In this document: one piece after another, positions 1 to 8,192 of the stretch
Numbering within the stretch: position 1 is the first letter of the stretch
How the letters are laid out: every line of letters begins with the position of its first letter
Origin: a virus
Direction: 5' to 3' (one strand)
Virus record (IMG/VR): IMGVR_UViG_3300027970_000001
Location: 1 to 64,000 of that record
Length of the DNA: 64,000 bases
Translations under genes and position numbers: made by a program
The notes under the pieces: model-generated
Told to the model about the DNA's origin: nothing
Seen by the model: the letters and a program-made list of their open reading frames with translations, nothing else
Databases searched by the model: none

Positions 1-1
1 G

Positions 2-313
2 GCCCTCGTGAGGGTCGGGCGCGTCGCCTGGACCGGCGACGGGATCACGCTGGCCGAGGCTGGCGATGAGGTGCGCGAGCCGCGCGGCGGGACGCGCCGA
101 GCCGCGCCCGTCGAGGCGCCGCGCGTCGAGGCGCCGCGCGTCGAGGCCGCGCCCGCGCCCGTCCAGGCGCCCGCGCCGGTCGCGGCGGCGCCCGTCCAGG
201 CCGCCGAGCCCGCGCGTGCGGCGGGCTGCAAGCCGTGGCGCCGCTGCATGAGCGACGGATGCGCGGCGTGCGCGCCCGGTGCGCCCGCGCCCGGTGCGCC
301 CGCGCCCGTCTGA
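2..313 (+). CDS. Ala/Pro-rich hypothetical protein, 5' end outside window
   Basis: Frame open from the window edge to TGA 311-313; VEAPR and APGAP repeats; followed by the intergenic hairpin repeat. Confidence 0.4.
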   Translation, partial: ALVRVGRVAWTGDGITLAEAGDEVREPRGGTRRAAPVEAPRVEAPRVEAAPAPVQAPAPVAAAPVQAAEPARAAGCKPWRRCMSDGCAACAPGAPAPGAPAPV

Positions 314-319
314 CGGGCT

Positions 320-400
320 GGCGGCCCCTCCGGGGGCCGCCCCTCGCGAGCAGCGCACGGGCCTCCGGGTCGGTGCTCTGCTCGCGCGGACAGACCGCGC
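320..400 (+). repeat. Intergenic double-hairpin element, copy 1
   Basis: GGCGGCCCC-TCCG-GGGGCCGCC (320-341), then a long stem 345-386 also capped by TCCG; near-identical copy at 2631-2708. Confidence 0.85.
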
Positions 401-435
401 GGCGGCCCCCACGGGGGGCAGAGGAGGGTGAGATC

Positions 436-1227
436 ATGGGAGAGCATGGACAGGGGCAGGGCGCGCGCGGCCTCGACGCGATCATCGCGACGGTGCGGCG
501 CCTCCACCGGCTGGCGGGCGACCCCGGCGCGACCGAGGGCGAGGCGGCGGCGGCGGCGGCGGCGGCGGCGCGGCTCATCGAGCGCCACCGGCTCGACGTC
601 GCGAGCCTGGGGAGCGGCGAGGACGCGGCGCCCGCGCCCGTGGAGGCCCCGGAGATCGACGCTCACCCGCTCGACGCGGCGCGGGTGCGGATCGCATGGC
701 GGGGCATCCTGGCGGGAGCCGTCGCCCGCTCGCAGGGCTGTCGCGTCTGGTGGAGCGGTCCCCGCCTCCACGTCGCGGGGACGCCCTCGCGCGTCCAGGC
801 GTGCCGGTCGCTCTATGCGTGGCTCGCCCGGGAGATCGACAGCCTGGGGGCCCAGGCCGCGCGCGGCCACGGGCGGTCGTACGGGCACGCCTGGAGGGTC
901 GGCTGCGCGACCCGTATCGGAGAGCGGCTCCGCGCCGCCGCCGCCGAGGGCGCGACCGAGGCCGCCACCCGCGCACGGGCCGAGGCGTACGCCCGGGGCG
1001 GCGAGGGCGCCCTGGTCCGAGTTGAGGCCCGGATCGCGACGCTCGCGGGCGACGCGGCCAGGACCGACGATCTGGTGCGCGCCAGCGTCGGCCCCCTGCG
1101 TCCGGGCAGGGCCGCCACCGTCCGATCGGCCAGCGGCTGGCAGGACGGGCACGCTGCGGGCGACCGGATGCGCCTCGACGCCCGCGCCTCGCTGGGCAGC
1201 GGCGGCGGCGGCACCCTGCCCCGGTGA
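436..1227 (+). CDS. DUF2786-like domain protein
   Basis: SD GAGGAG at 421-426; N-terminal IATVRRLHRLAGDPGATEGEAAAAAAAAARLIERH matches the DUF2786 pattern. Confidence 0.75.
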   Translation: MGEHGQGQGARGLDAIIATVRRLHRLAGDPGATEGEAAAAAAAAARLIERHRLDVASLGSGEDAAPAPVEAPEIDAHPLDAARVRIAWRGILAGAVARSQGCRVWWSGPRLHVAGTPSRVQACRSLYAWLAREIDSLGAQAARGHGRSYGHAWRVGCATRIGERLRAAAAEGATEAATRARAEAYARGGEGALVRVEARIATLAGDAARTDDLVRASVGPLRPGRAATVRSASGWQDGHAAGDRMRLDARASLGSGGGGTLPR

Positions 1228-1234
1228 CGTCCGC

Positions 1235-1271
1235 GCGGGGTGCCCGGGGTCCACGCCCCGGGCACGCCCGC
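1235..1271 (+). terminator. GC-rich hairpin after DUF2786 gene, no U-tract
   Basis: GTGCCCGGGG (1240-1249) pairs with CCCCGGGCAC (1256-1265), extended by GCGGG/CCCGC. Confidence 0.4.
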
Positions 1272-1314
1272 CCCGAGGCCCGCGACCTCGACGGATGAAT
1301 TTTCGATCGACCCC

Positions 1315-1343
1315 TTGACTTTCAGCGGACCCGACACACACTC
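1315..1343 (+). promoter_or_regulatory. Putative sigma70-type promoter
   Basis: Intergenic TTGACT at 1315-1320 with CACACT 16 nt downstream, upstream of the DUF932 gene. Confidence 0.4.
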
Positions 1344-1416
1344 CACACTCACCGCACGCGACCGACCGGCGAGGGGCTGAGCGGCGCGGGCCAGACCAGA
1401 GAGAGCAGACGACGCC

Positions 1417-2619
1417 ATGACCACCACCGAGACCACCACCACCGGCTCCACCTTCGACCCGAGCACCATGCCGATCCGCACCCTCCCCGACGTGCCCGAG
1501 CGGTGGCACGCGCTCGATCGCGGGCGGCGCGGCGGCCAGGACCGCGAGCCGCTGACCTTTGAGGCCGCCTACCGCCTCGTCGAGGAGGCCGCGCGCGAGG
1601 ACGGGGCGCGCGAGGACATCGCGTCGGGGGCGCTCGATCGGCTGGCGGTCGACGTCGACCCGCGCAGCGGGATCGTCCACGTCGTCCGCACGCAGCAGGT
1701 CGGCGCGGGCCTCGCCCCCGTGGGCGAGCCTATGCCGCTGCGGCGGTCGGCCCTGGCGGACCTCTGCACCCGGGCGCACGCGCCCGCCGACTACCTGAGC
1801 CGCCTCCCGGCGACCCTGGCCCGCGCGTGTCTCCAGCACGGGCTGGTCGCGTCGACCGGCGACCGGACGGGCACCCTGCGGCTTGCGCGGCGGGAAGTCC
1901 GCGCGGTCGTCGGCGAGCGGTACGCCGCTTACGACGACCTCACGGTGCTGGACGCCATGGGGGAGGTGCTCTACTCCCAGGGTCTGCTCTCCGACGTGCG
2001 GGTGCGCGCGGTCGGCACCGGACCGCGCCTCACGCTGCGGGTCACCGTGCCGACCGGCGCGGAGACCATCCGCCCCGGCGACGGCGCGGAATGGGGGGTG
2101 GATCTCAACAACGGGGAGTTGGGTAACGCCTCCGTCTCGGTGACCCCTATCAGCTACCGGCTCGTGTGCGCCAACGGCATGCGCGGGTGGGCGAGCGGCG
2201 ACCGGCGCGCGATCCGGCACGTGGGCGACCCCACGCGCGTCCAGGCGTACCTCTCGGACGCTCTGCCCGCCGCTATCACGGCGGCGCGGGGCATCCCTGA
2301 CGCGCTCCGCGCCGCGACGGCGCGCATGGTCGACGACGTCGCCGCCGAGTTTGACCTGCTGCGCTCGCCCCGCTACGGGCTGGCGCAGTCCGAGGTCGCG
2401 GGCGTGGCCCGCAGCCTCTTCGGGGACCGGGGCATCGCGCTCCCGGCCTCGACGACGGACGCGGCCTGGACGGAGGCGCTCCGTGAGGTGAGCGGGATCA
2501 GCAGCTACGACGTGATCCAGGGGATCACCGAGTACGCCCAGGGGCGCCCCGTCGAGCGGCGCCTCGACCTGGAGGAGGCGGCGGGGCGCTACCTCGCGCA
2601 GCGCACGGGGCGCGCGTGA
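1417..2619 (+). CDS. DUF932 family phage/plasmid protein
   Basis: GVDLNNGELGNASVSVTPISYRLVCANG matches the DUF932 core motif. Confidence 0.75.
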   Translation: MTTTETTTTGSTFDPSTMPIRTLPDVPERWHALDRGRRGGQDREPLTFEAAYRLVEEAAREDGAREDIASGALDRLAVDVDPRSGIVHVVRTQQVGAGLAPVGEPMPLRRSALADLCTRAHAPADYLSRLPATLARACLQHGLVASTGDRTGTLRLARREVRAVVGERYAAYDDLTVLDAMGEVLYSQGLLSDVRVRAVGTGPRLTLRVTVPTGAETIRPGDGAEWGVDLNNGELGNASVSVTPISYRLVCANGMRGWASGDRRAIRHVGDPTRVQAYLSDALPAAITAARGIPDALRAATARMVDDVAAEFDLLRSPRYGLAQSEVAGVARSLFGDRGIALPASTTDAAWTEALREVSGISSYDVIQGITEYAQGRPVERRLDLEEAAGRYLAQRTGRA

Positions 2620-2630
2620 GGTGAGCGGGC

Positions 2631-2708
2631 GGCGGCCCTCCGGGGCCGCCCCTCGCGAGCAGCGCACGGGCCTCCGGGTCGGTGCTCTGCTCGCGCGGCA
2701 GACCGCGC
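2631..2708 (+). repeat. Intergenic double-hairpin element, copy 2
   Basis: Matches 320-400 except one C-G pair lost from stem 1 and one A lost near the 3' end; precedes SD AGGAG and ATG 2726. Confidence 0.85.
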
Positions 2709-2725
2709 AGAGGAGAGGGGTGAGC

Positions 2726-2980
2726 ATGGACGAGCAGATCAGGGCAGCACTCGACAGGCTGGCGGCGGCGGCGGCACGCGCCGCGACGGCCACCGCCGCG
2801 ACGGCCACCGAGACCCGCGCCGCTGAGCGCGCGGCGTGGCTCGATGCGATCGAGGTCGCGCAGCAGCACGGGCGCACGTGCGAGGTGCGCGGCTACCGCG
2901 CGGGCTGGCGCGAGGAGCAGCGCATCCAGGCCCAGCGGGCCGCGCGAGCGGCGCGGGCCAGCAAGCGGGCCGCGACGTGA
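2726..2980 (+). CDS. Ala/Arg-rich helical hypothetical protein
   Basis: SD AGGAG then ATG 2726; stop overlaps the next start (TGATG). Confidence 0.6.
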   Translation: MDEQIRAALDRLAAAAARAATATAATATETRAAERAAWLDAIEVAQQHGRTCEVRGYRAGWREEQRIQAQRAARAARASKRAAT

Positions 2981-3219
2981 TGCGCCTCCGAGTGACGCAC
3001 CCGAGCCGAGCCGTGACCCGGTTCGGCGTCCTGGCCTCGCCCGAGGCCATGGACCCGCGCAACGTCGCGCGCCAGGAGGCGCTCCGCGCCGCCGACGAGG
3101 CGGCCGAGCGGGCCAAGCGGGCCGAGGCCCGTCGCGAGCGAGCCGCCGCCAAGCGGCGCGCGAGCGGCCCGAGGGGCTGGTGCGACCAATGCCGACGTCG
3201 AGGCGATCCGCGCGGCTGA
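2980..3219 (+). CDS. Hypothetical protein, possibly the 5' part of a frameshifted gene
   Basis: Coupled TGATG start; helical Ala/Arg/Glu segment. Confidence 0.4.
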   Translation: MRLRVTHPSRAVTRFGVLASPEAMDPRNVARQEALRAADEAAERAKRAEARRERAAAKRRASGPRGWCDQCRRRGDPRG

Positions 3220-3555
3220 GGCCGCGCTAGAGGCCGCGACGGTCGACGCGGACGCTATCCGCTCCGACGAGCGCGCGTGGCCCCTGACGATCGAGCGCGC
3301 GTCGAGGTCGACGGTAGACCCCTCGACATGGATCGTGCGCTACAGCGCGCACGCCCCCACGGGCGAGCACATCGCGCACGATGCGAGGTACACACCAATG
3401 CGTGGCCGTCTGCCGCCATTGGCAGGACGACAGGGACGACAGGCACGACGACCTCGTGGCCGAGTCGCTCGCGCAGGGGGTCCGAGTGCCGCACCCTGGG
3501 CATCTACTCCGGGGCATGCAGCTATAGCTGGACCCCCTACGTCGGGCCTCCGACG

Positions 3556-3646
3556 TAGCCTAGACCCCGGCGCGTAGCGTCCGGGCCCATCATCCCCCTC
3601 TCTCACGTCGTCTGCCCCGGGCGGGGCGTGGTCGGGGTCTAGGCTA
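3556..3646. repeat. 14-bp perfect inverted repeat enclosing 63 bp
   Basis: TAGCCTAGACCCCG (3556-3569) and CGGGGTCTAGGCTA (3633-3646); adjacent 9-bp hairpin at 3537-3558. Confidence 0.7.
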
Positions 3647-3667
3647 GGTCGGAGGACAGGAGACAGC

Positions 3668-3889
3668 ATGCTGGTTTGGATTGTGCGGCTCCGAGAGGAG
3701 CACGGGCTGGCGCGCGTGCGCGAGGTCCGGGTGCGCTGCGCCTCGATCGCGGAGGCTCAGCGGGTCGCCGTGCGGCGCCTCTACGGGCCCCGCGCGACGT
3801 GGACCCCGTCGCATGCCGACGTGGGCACCCTGCGGCGCGCCGACTCGCTCCCAGGCGGGCGGCTGATCGTGCAGACCGAGGCCGAGTAA
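3668..3889 (+). CDS. Small hypothetical protein
   Basis: SD GGAGG/AGGAG upstream of ATG; 73 aa. Confidence 0.6.
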   Translation: MLVWIVRLREEHGLARVREVRVRCASIAEAQRVAVRRLYGPRATWTPSHADVGTLRRADSLPGGRLIVQTEAE

Positions 3890-3925
3890 GAAGTAGGTCG
3901 CAGAAAAAAAAACAACGGGCACCCA

Positions 3926-3965
3926 TTGACAGACGCGATCGAGTGCCCAACATACCAGACACACG
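3926..3965 (+). promoter_or_regulatory. Putative early promoter
   Basis: TTGACA at 3926-3931 after an A-tract; downstream CAGACACACG shared with the promoter at 6707. Confidence 0.55.
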
Positions 3966-3989
3966 AGACGGACTGACGGGGAGGCGACG

Positions 3990-4103
3990 ATGGGAACTTG
4001 GCAGCATGCGGGTCGTCTCGGTCTCGATCGCGGGGATCTGATTCTGTCCGCTCACGGTGAGCGGGCTGAAACGCGCGGATGCCGCGCGGAAGGTGAGTTC
4101 TAA
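3990..4103 (+). CDS. 37-aa small ORF (not in the ORF track)
   Basis: SD GGGGAGG; MGTWQHAGRLGLDRGDLILSAHGERAETRGCRAEGEF; TAA directly abuts ATG 4104. Confidence 0.45.
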   Translation: MGTWQHAGRLGLDRGDLILSAHGERAETRGCRAEGEF

Positions 4104-5237
4104 ATGCGTATCAAGGTCGGCGTGGATACCTCCAAGGCGATCCTCCTGGGGGTGGAGCCGGTGCGTGGCACCGTGGTAGTGGACGTGCCGATTGCGTCGC
4201 TTGGCGAGGCCGAGCGCGCATGGGTTGCCGAGCGCGCCAAGCCGTACGCCGAGGCCGATTGCGACGTGTCGCTGGCGTTGTTTTTGGCGCCGGTCACGGC
4301 CGAGTCGGTGGCCTCCGAAATCTCCAGGCTCGTCAAGTGCGCGACCGAGCAGCGCATGGCCGCCGCCCGCGCGAGCTTGGCGGTCTGCGTCGGAGACCCC
4401 TGGTACTTCCGGGTGCCCGGGTGTTTGGACGAGTTGCGTCAGATCTTGGGGGCTGACGTCGAGCCTCAGATCGCGGGCATCTGGGCCGAGCGCGCCCAGG
4501 ACGTCGAAGCGACCATCCAGCGAGTGCTCTCCGGTGACGTGCGCTGGGAGCGGACCGGCGGTTTCAAGGGCCACTACTGGCTCGCCACCGAGGACGGTGG
4601 AGCCGGTACGCACGGGTGCGAGGCCGTCCCCACGTCTGGCCCGCTGCGCGGGTGGAGCGAGGCGTCGCAGGACGAGCGGGTGATTGAGGTCGCGCGTGCC
4701 GCCGTCAGGCGGCTCAACGCGGAGGAGGAGGCGCGCAGGGTCGCGCGTGTGCAGGCCGAACAGAAGGCCGAGGCCGCCAAGGCCGCCAAAACGGCGCGGC
4801 GCGGGGCGCTCGTCAAGGAGTGGGGGTCCGAGGCCCAGCGGCAGCGGCTGGCCGAGGGGCGCATGCCGAGCAGCGATCAGGGCGAGATCATCGATCTGAG
4901 GCTCGCGATCCCGGGGTGCGCGGTCTACCCGAAGCTGACGGTTTCGGATATCGCGCACAGGGAGGACTGCGACGCGCGGGGCGCGAGGTTCAGCGTCATC
5001 GAGGACAGCGCGGGGGAGCCTGTGGCCCTCGACGAGGCCGAGTACCGGCGTCTGACGATCTTGCGGGATGCCGCCTCCGAGACGCTGGCGGGCTGGACCC
5101 ACACCCTCACCGTGCGGCGGCATGAGGGCACGTGCAGCGATTGCGGCGAGGCCGTCTACCGTTGCGGAGTCCGCGTGTGGATCGACCTGGGCGAGGGGCT
5201 GACGACCTCGACCGAGTACACCCTGGGGGGCGAGTGA
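4104..5237 (+). CDS. Hypothetical early protein (377 aa)
   Basis: Natural-looking composition; coupled to flanking ORFs. Confidence 0.7.
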   Translation: MRIKVGVDTSKAILLGVEPVRGTVVVDVPIASLGEAERAWVAERAKPYAEADCDVSLALFLAPVTAESVASEISRLVKCATEQRMAAARASLAVCVGDPWYFRVPGCLDELRQILGADVEPQIAGIWAERAQDVEATIQRVLSGDVRWERTGGFKGHYWLATEDGGAGTHGCEAVPTSGPLRGWSEASQDERVIEVARAAVRRLNAEEEARRVARVQAEQKAEAAKAAKTARRGALVKEWGSEAQRQRLAEGRMPSSDQGEIIDLRLAIPGCAVYPKLTVSDIAHREDCDARGARFSVIEDSAGEPVALDEAEYRRLTILRDAASETLAGWTHTLTVRRHEGTCSDCGEAVYRCGVRVWIDLGEGLTTSTEYTLGGE

Positions 5238-5410
5238 TGCCTCGCTATCGGAGGATCGTGGAAGAGACGCGCGTCCACTACCACGTGATCGACGCCCCGG
5301 ACGAGGCCAGCGCTCGCGATGCCGTCGCGTCGCTGCGGGCCGAGCAGTACACCGAGACCGACGCAAGCGGCCGGTGGGGCTGCGACGTCCTCGAAATCAT
5401 CGAGGAATGA
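5237..5410 (+). CDS. Small hypothetical protein
   Basis: TGATG overlap; MPRYRRIVEETRVHYHVIDAPDE. Confidence 0.65.
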   Translation: MPRYRRIVEETRVHYHVIDAPDEASARDAVASLRAEQYTETDASGRWGCDVLEIIEE

Positions 5411-5459
5411 CCAGAGCGGGCAGCCCACGGGCTGCCCCTCGACAGGGGCGCGCGGCTTG

Positions 5460-5828
5460 GTGGAGCCGTGCGAGCACGAGGACGACAGCGTCGGAGCGTG
5501 CGTCATCTGCGGGGCCGAGGGCTGTCATATCAATGGCGGCGGGACTCATTGGTGGGCCGAGGCTGTTGTCGAGGGCCAGCAATACCTCGTTCACTACTGC
5601 CAGGGTCACGACGGCACGTTGCTCGACGGCCCTCACGCTGGCGGGTTCGCTGTCTGGAGGTGCGACTGCGACGGTGACCAGCATTGGCCCGAGGCGGCGA
5701 CCGATCCGCGTAACCAGCAGGACGTTTTGGACGTCAGCGGGGCTGCGTCCAGCAGCGAGAACGTGGGCGACACGTGCAACTCCTGTGGAGCCAAGCGTGG
5801 CGAAAAGTGCTGGGGCTTGTTCGACTGA
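5460..5828 (+). CDS. Cys/His-rich hypothetical protein
   Basis: CEH..CVICGAEGC and CNSCGAKRGEKC motifs; GTG start uncertain. Confidence 0.55.
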   Translation: MEPCEHEDDSVGACVICGAEGCHINGGGTHWWAEAVVEGQQYLVHYCQGHDGTLLDGPHAGGFAVWRCDCDGDQHWPEAATDPRNQQDVLDVSGAASSSENVGDTCNSCGAKRGEKCWGLFD

Positions 5829-5839
5829 GGGAGGGGCAG

Positions 5840-6160
5840 ATGGGAGACGTGGCCAAGCTGGAGCAGGGCAACCTGCTCGTGGAGTTGGAGTGGATCGGAG
5901 AGGGGCTCAGCGGGGACTACGACCCCAACGACCCCAACGACGTGCCGCTACTCCGCTTCTCTCTCTGGGAGCGGCACGGGGGCGGATGGGACTACGTCGA
6001 GGACACCAGCTACTGCTGTCAGGTGAGCCGCGACGCCCCAATGGAGCAGATCGAGGCCGCACTCCGCACCCTGATGCGTGAGTTCCGGTCGACCGTCGAT
6101 TCCGGTGGAAGCGTGAAGAAGGCGGGCGAGAAGCTCTCGTGGATCGGAGGAGACAAGTGA
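5840..6160 (+). CDS. Hypothetical protein
   Basis: SD GGAGG; coupled to the next gene. Confidence 0.7.
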   Translation: MGDVAKLEQGNLLVELEWIGEGLSGDYDPNDPNDVPLLRFSLWERHGGGWDYVEDTSYCCQVSRDAPMEQIEAALRTLMREFRSTVDSGGSVKKAGEKLSWIGGDK

Positions 6161-6327
6161 CGGAAGAGAACAACGCCCCCTCCGACGACGACTACCGCAT
6201 GGCGGCGAAGGACCGGGAGCAGGACGGTGAAGTTGAGTTCGACGCCGACGCACCCGTGTCCCGTACCGAGGCGGGAGCGTACGTCCAGGCGTGGGTCTTC
6301 GTGTCCAAGGAAGAGGTGGCCAAGTGA
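6157..6327 (+). CDS. Small acidic hypothetical protein
   Basis: GTGA overlap; SD GGAGG. Confidence 0.6.
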   Translation: MTEENNAPSDDDYRMAAKDREQDGEVEFDADAPVSRTEAGAYVQAWVFVSKEEVAK

Positions 6328-6710
6328 CCGACAACGATCTGATGATTGCGCGCCTCGACCTTGCCGAGCGCATGGCGTGGCTCGACCGCAACAAGGCGAG
6401 CGGGCGAGTGCTCCATCCGGCCGACACCAAGGGCTGGATCTACGACGGACTGATGACCGGCTACGCGCACGACGACTCGATCGAGGTGCCCCTGGAAGGC
6501 CCCGTGCGAGTGCTGCCCGTGAGCGAGCGCAGCCGGAACGAGTGGATCGCAAGCAACACGCTGTACGACGGACCCGGGGGCAGGTACGCGGCCTTGATCG
6601 ACGTGTACTGGGACGTCGAGCCTGTGGGTTGGGTGCTCAAGTGCCCCAAGACCGGCGAGGTTCTCACGTCCTGCTGGGTCTTCGGCCCCACGGTCTACCT
6701 TGAGCGTTGA
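6324..6710 (+). CDS. Hypothetical protein
   Basis: GTGA overlap; 128 aa. Confidence 0.65.
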   Translation: MTDNDLMIARLDLAERMAWLDRNKASGRVLHPADTKGWIYDGLMTGYAHDDSIEVPLEGPVRVLPVSERSRNEWIASNTLYDGPGGRYAALIDVYWDVEPVGWVLKCPKTGEVLTSCWVFGPTVYLER

Positions 6711-6744
6711 CAGAGTCTCGGGGGCCGGTTACATCAGACACACG
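6707..6744 (+). promoter_or_regulatory. Putative promoter with TTACATCAGAC box
   Basis: TTGACA 6707-6712; TTACATCAGAC 6729-6739 identical to 11196-11206; CAGACACACG 6735-6744. Confidence 0.55.
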
Positions 6745-6758
6745 CAACGGAGGCGCGA

Positions 6759-7064
6759 ATGTTCATCCTAATCTGGCATCACAAGTACGGCGAAGAGCTT
6801 TACACTTTCTACACGCTGGACGAGGCGCACATGGGCGTCCGTCAGATCGTCCTAGACAACGCGTCTGAGTCTTCGGGGGAAGCGTGGGCGCAGAAGGTGC
6901 TGCGGTTCGCTGTCGCGTCGGAATGGAAGGACGCGCGGGTGTGCTACGAGGAATACAAAGACAACGAGTGGTTTCATATTTCTGAGCCTCTTCCCATTTC
7001 GGTGATTTCCGAAGGCGCGATGGTCGAACAGGCGCGTCGATATCTGGAAGGGTCCGCATCGTGA
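6759..7064 (+). CDS. Hypothetical protein
   Basis: SD GGAGG; 101 aa; coupled to the AAA gene. Confidence 0.7.
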   Translation: MFILIWHHKYGEELYTFYTLDEAHMGVRQIVLDNASESSGEAWAQKVLRFAVASEWKDARVCYEEYKDNEWFHISEPLPISVISEGAMVEQARRYLEGSAS

Positions 7065-8185
7065 GCGATCCGATCATCGACGCTGTTGCGATCTCGTTGC
7101 AGGCGCGGCTGCCCTGCAACATCGAGGGCGCCCCGGGCACCGGCAAGACCTCTATCACCAAGGCGATCGTGGGTCGCATGGGCGAGACGGCGCACACCGT
7201 GATCTTGTCGGTGCGCGATGCGACCGACCAGGGCGGGTTGCCATCGATCGCGACCGACCCGCAGACCGGCGAAAAGTACGTCGTCATGGTCCCTCCCGCA
7301 TGGGCCCGGAACGTCAAGCGGGACGGCAAGGGGGTTGTGATCTTCGATGAGTTCACTACGGCACCGGGGGGCGTCCAGAACTCCGCTCTGCGTGTGGTGA
7401 ACGAGCGGTACGCTGGCGACACGTATCTCGGAGACGAGGTGTCGTTCGTTCTGATCAGCAATCCGCCTCAGTACAGCGTCGCGGTCAACGAACTGATCCC
7501 GACCATGGCCAACCGGCTCCTCCATTTCTCGTGGCCGTTCAAGCCGCGCGATTGGACGGAGGCTTCGCGCAAGGGCTTCCCGGCGCCCGAGATCCCGCGC
7601 GTGTCCTCGTGCTGGCGCGAACTGGTGCAGGTCTACCGCATTTACTACACCGAGTTCTTAGACTCTCGGCCCGAACTGGCCCTCAAGTGGCCAGAGCAAA
7701 TCTCGGCGCAATCGGGTGCGTGGCCTTCGCCCCGCATGTGGGACCAGCTTGCCCACGCCTTAGCCGCCGCCGAGTCGGCAGGTCACGGCCCCAAGAGCAA
7801 GGTGGCGTCCGTGCTCTGCGACGCTGCAATCGGAGAGGGGCCCGCCAAGGAGTTCAGGTCGTGGTTCGTCAACCGCGACCTGCCCGACCCGGAGTCCATC
7901 CTGTCCAACCCCAAGGGGGCCGCCGTTCCGACGCGGCAAGACCAGCAGATGGTCACGCTGGCCAGCGTCGCGGCAAGCGCCGTGCGCCCCCACGCCAAGC
8001 TGGTGGAACGCTACCGTGCCGCCTGGGCGTACTGGTCGCGCGTCTGCGGCGACAAGCCCGACGTTGGATTCTCTGCGGCGCGCATCATGGCGTTCCATGC
8101 GCCCGCCGGCATCGAGCGGGACATTCCTCCCGAGATCAGCAAGGTCATTCCCCTGCTCCAGAAGAGCGGGATCAACCTGGGCTGA
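7061..8185 (+). CDS. MoxR-like AAA+ ATPase
   Basis: Walker A GAPGTGKT, Walker B VVIFDEF, sensor SNPP, arginine finger ANR, SPRMW motif. Confidence 0.88.
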   Translation: MSDPIIDAVAISLQARLPCNIEGAPGTGKTSITKAIVGRMGETAHTVILSVRDATDQGGLPSIATDPQTGEKYVVMVPPAWARNVKRDGKGVVIFDEFTTAPGGVQNSALRVVNERYAGDTYLGDEVSFVLISNPPQYSVAVNELIPTMANRLLHFSWPFKPRDWTEASRKGFPAPEIPRVSSCWRELVQVYRIYYTEFLDSRPELALKWPEQISAQSGAWPSPRMWDQLAHALAAAESAGHGPKSKVASVLCDAAIGEGPAKEFRSWFVNRDLPDPESILSNPKGAAVPTRQDQQMVTLASVAASAVRPHAKLVERYRAAWAYWSRVCGDKPDVGFSAARIMAFHAPAGIERDIPPEISKVIPLLQKSGINLG

Positions 8186-8192
8186 ACTGAAC

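Noticed and set aside
3227-3517. Reverse ORF with CPGC motif
   Set aside because: No RBS, opposite to the local gene direction, remainder looks like shadow sequence
3639-5366. 575-aa reverse ORF, and similar long antisense ORFs (13040-15034, 25467-26948, 30591-33833, 37248-38798, 55858-57144)
   Set aside because: Shadow frames of well-supported genes; high-GC codon bias removes antisense stops and the translations have no motifs
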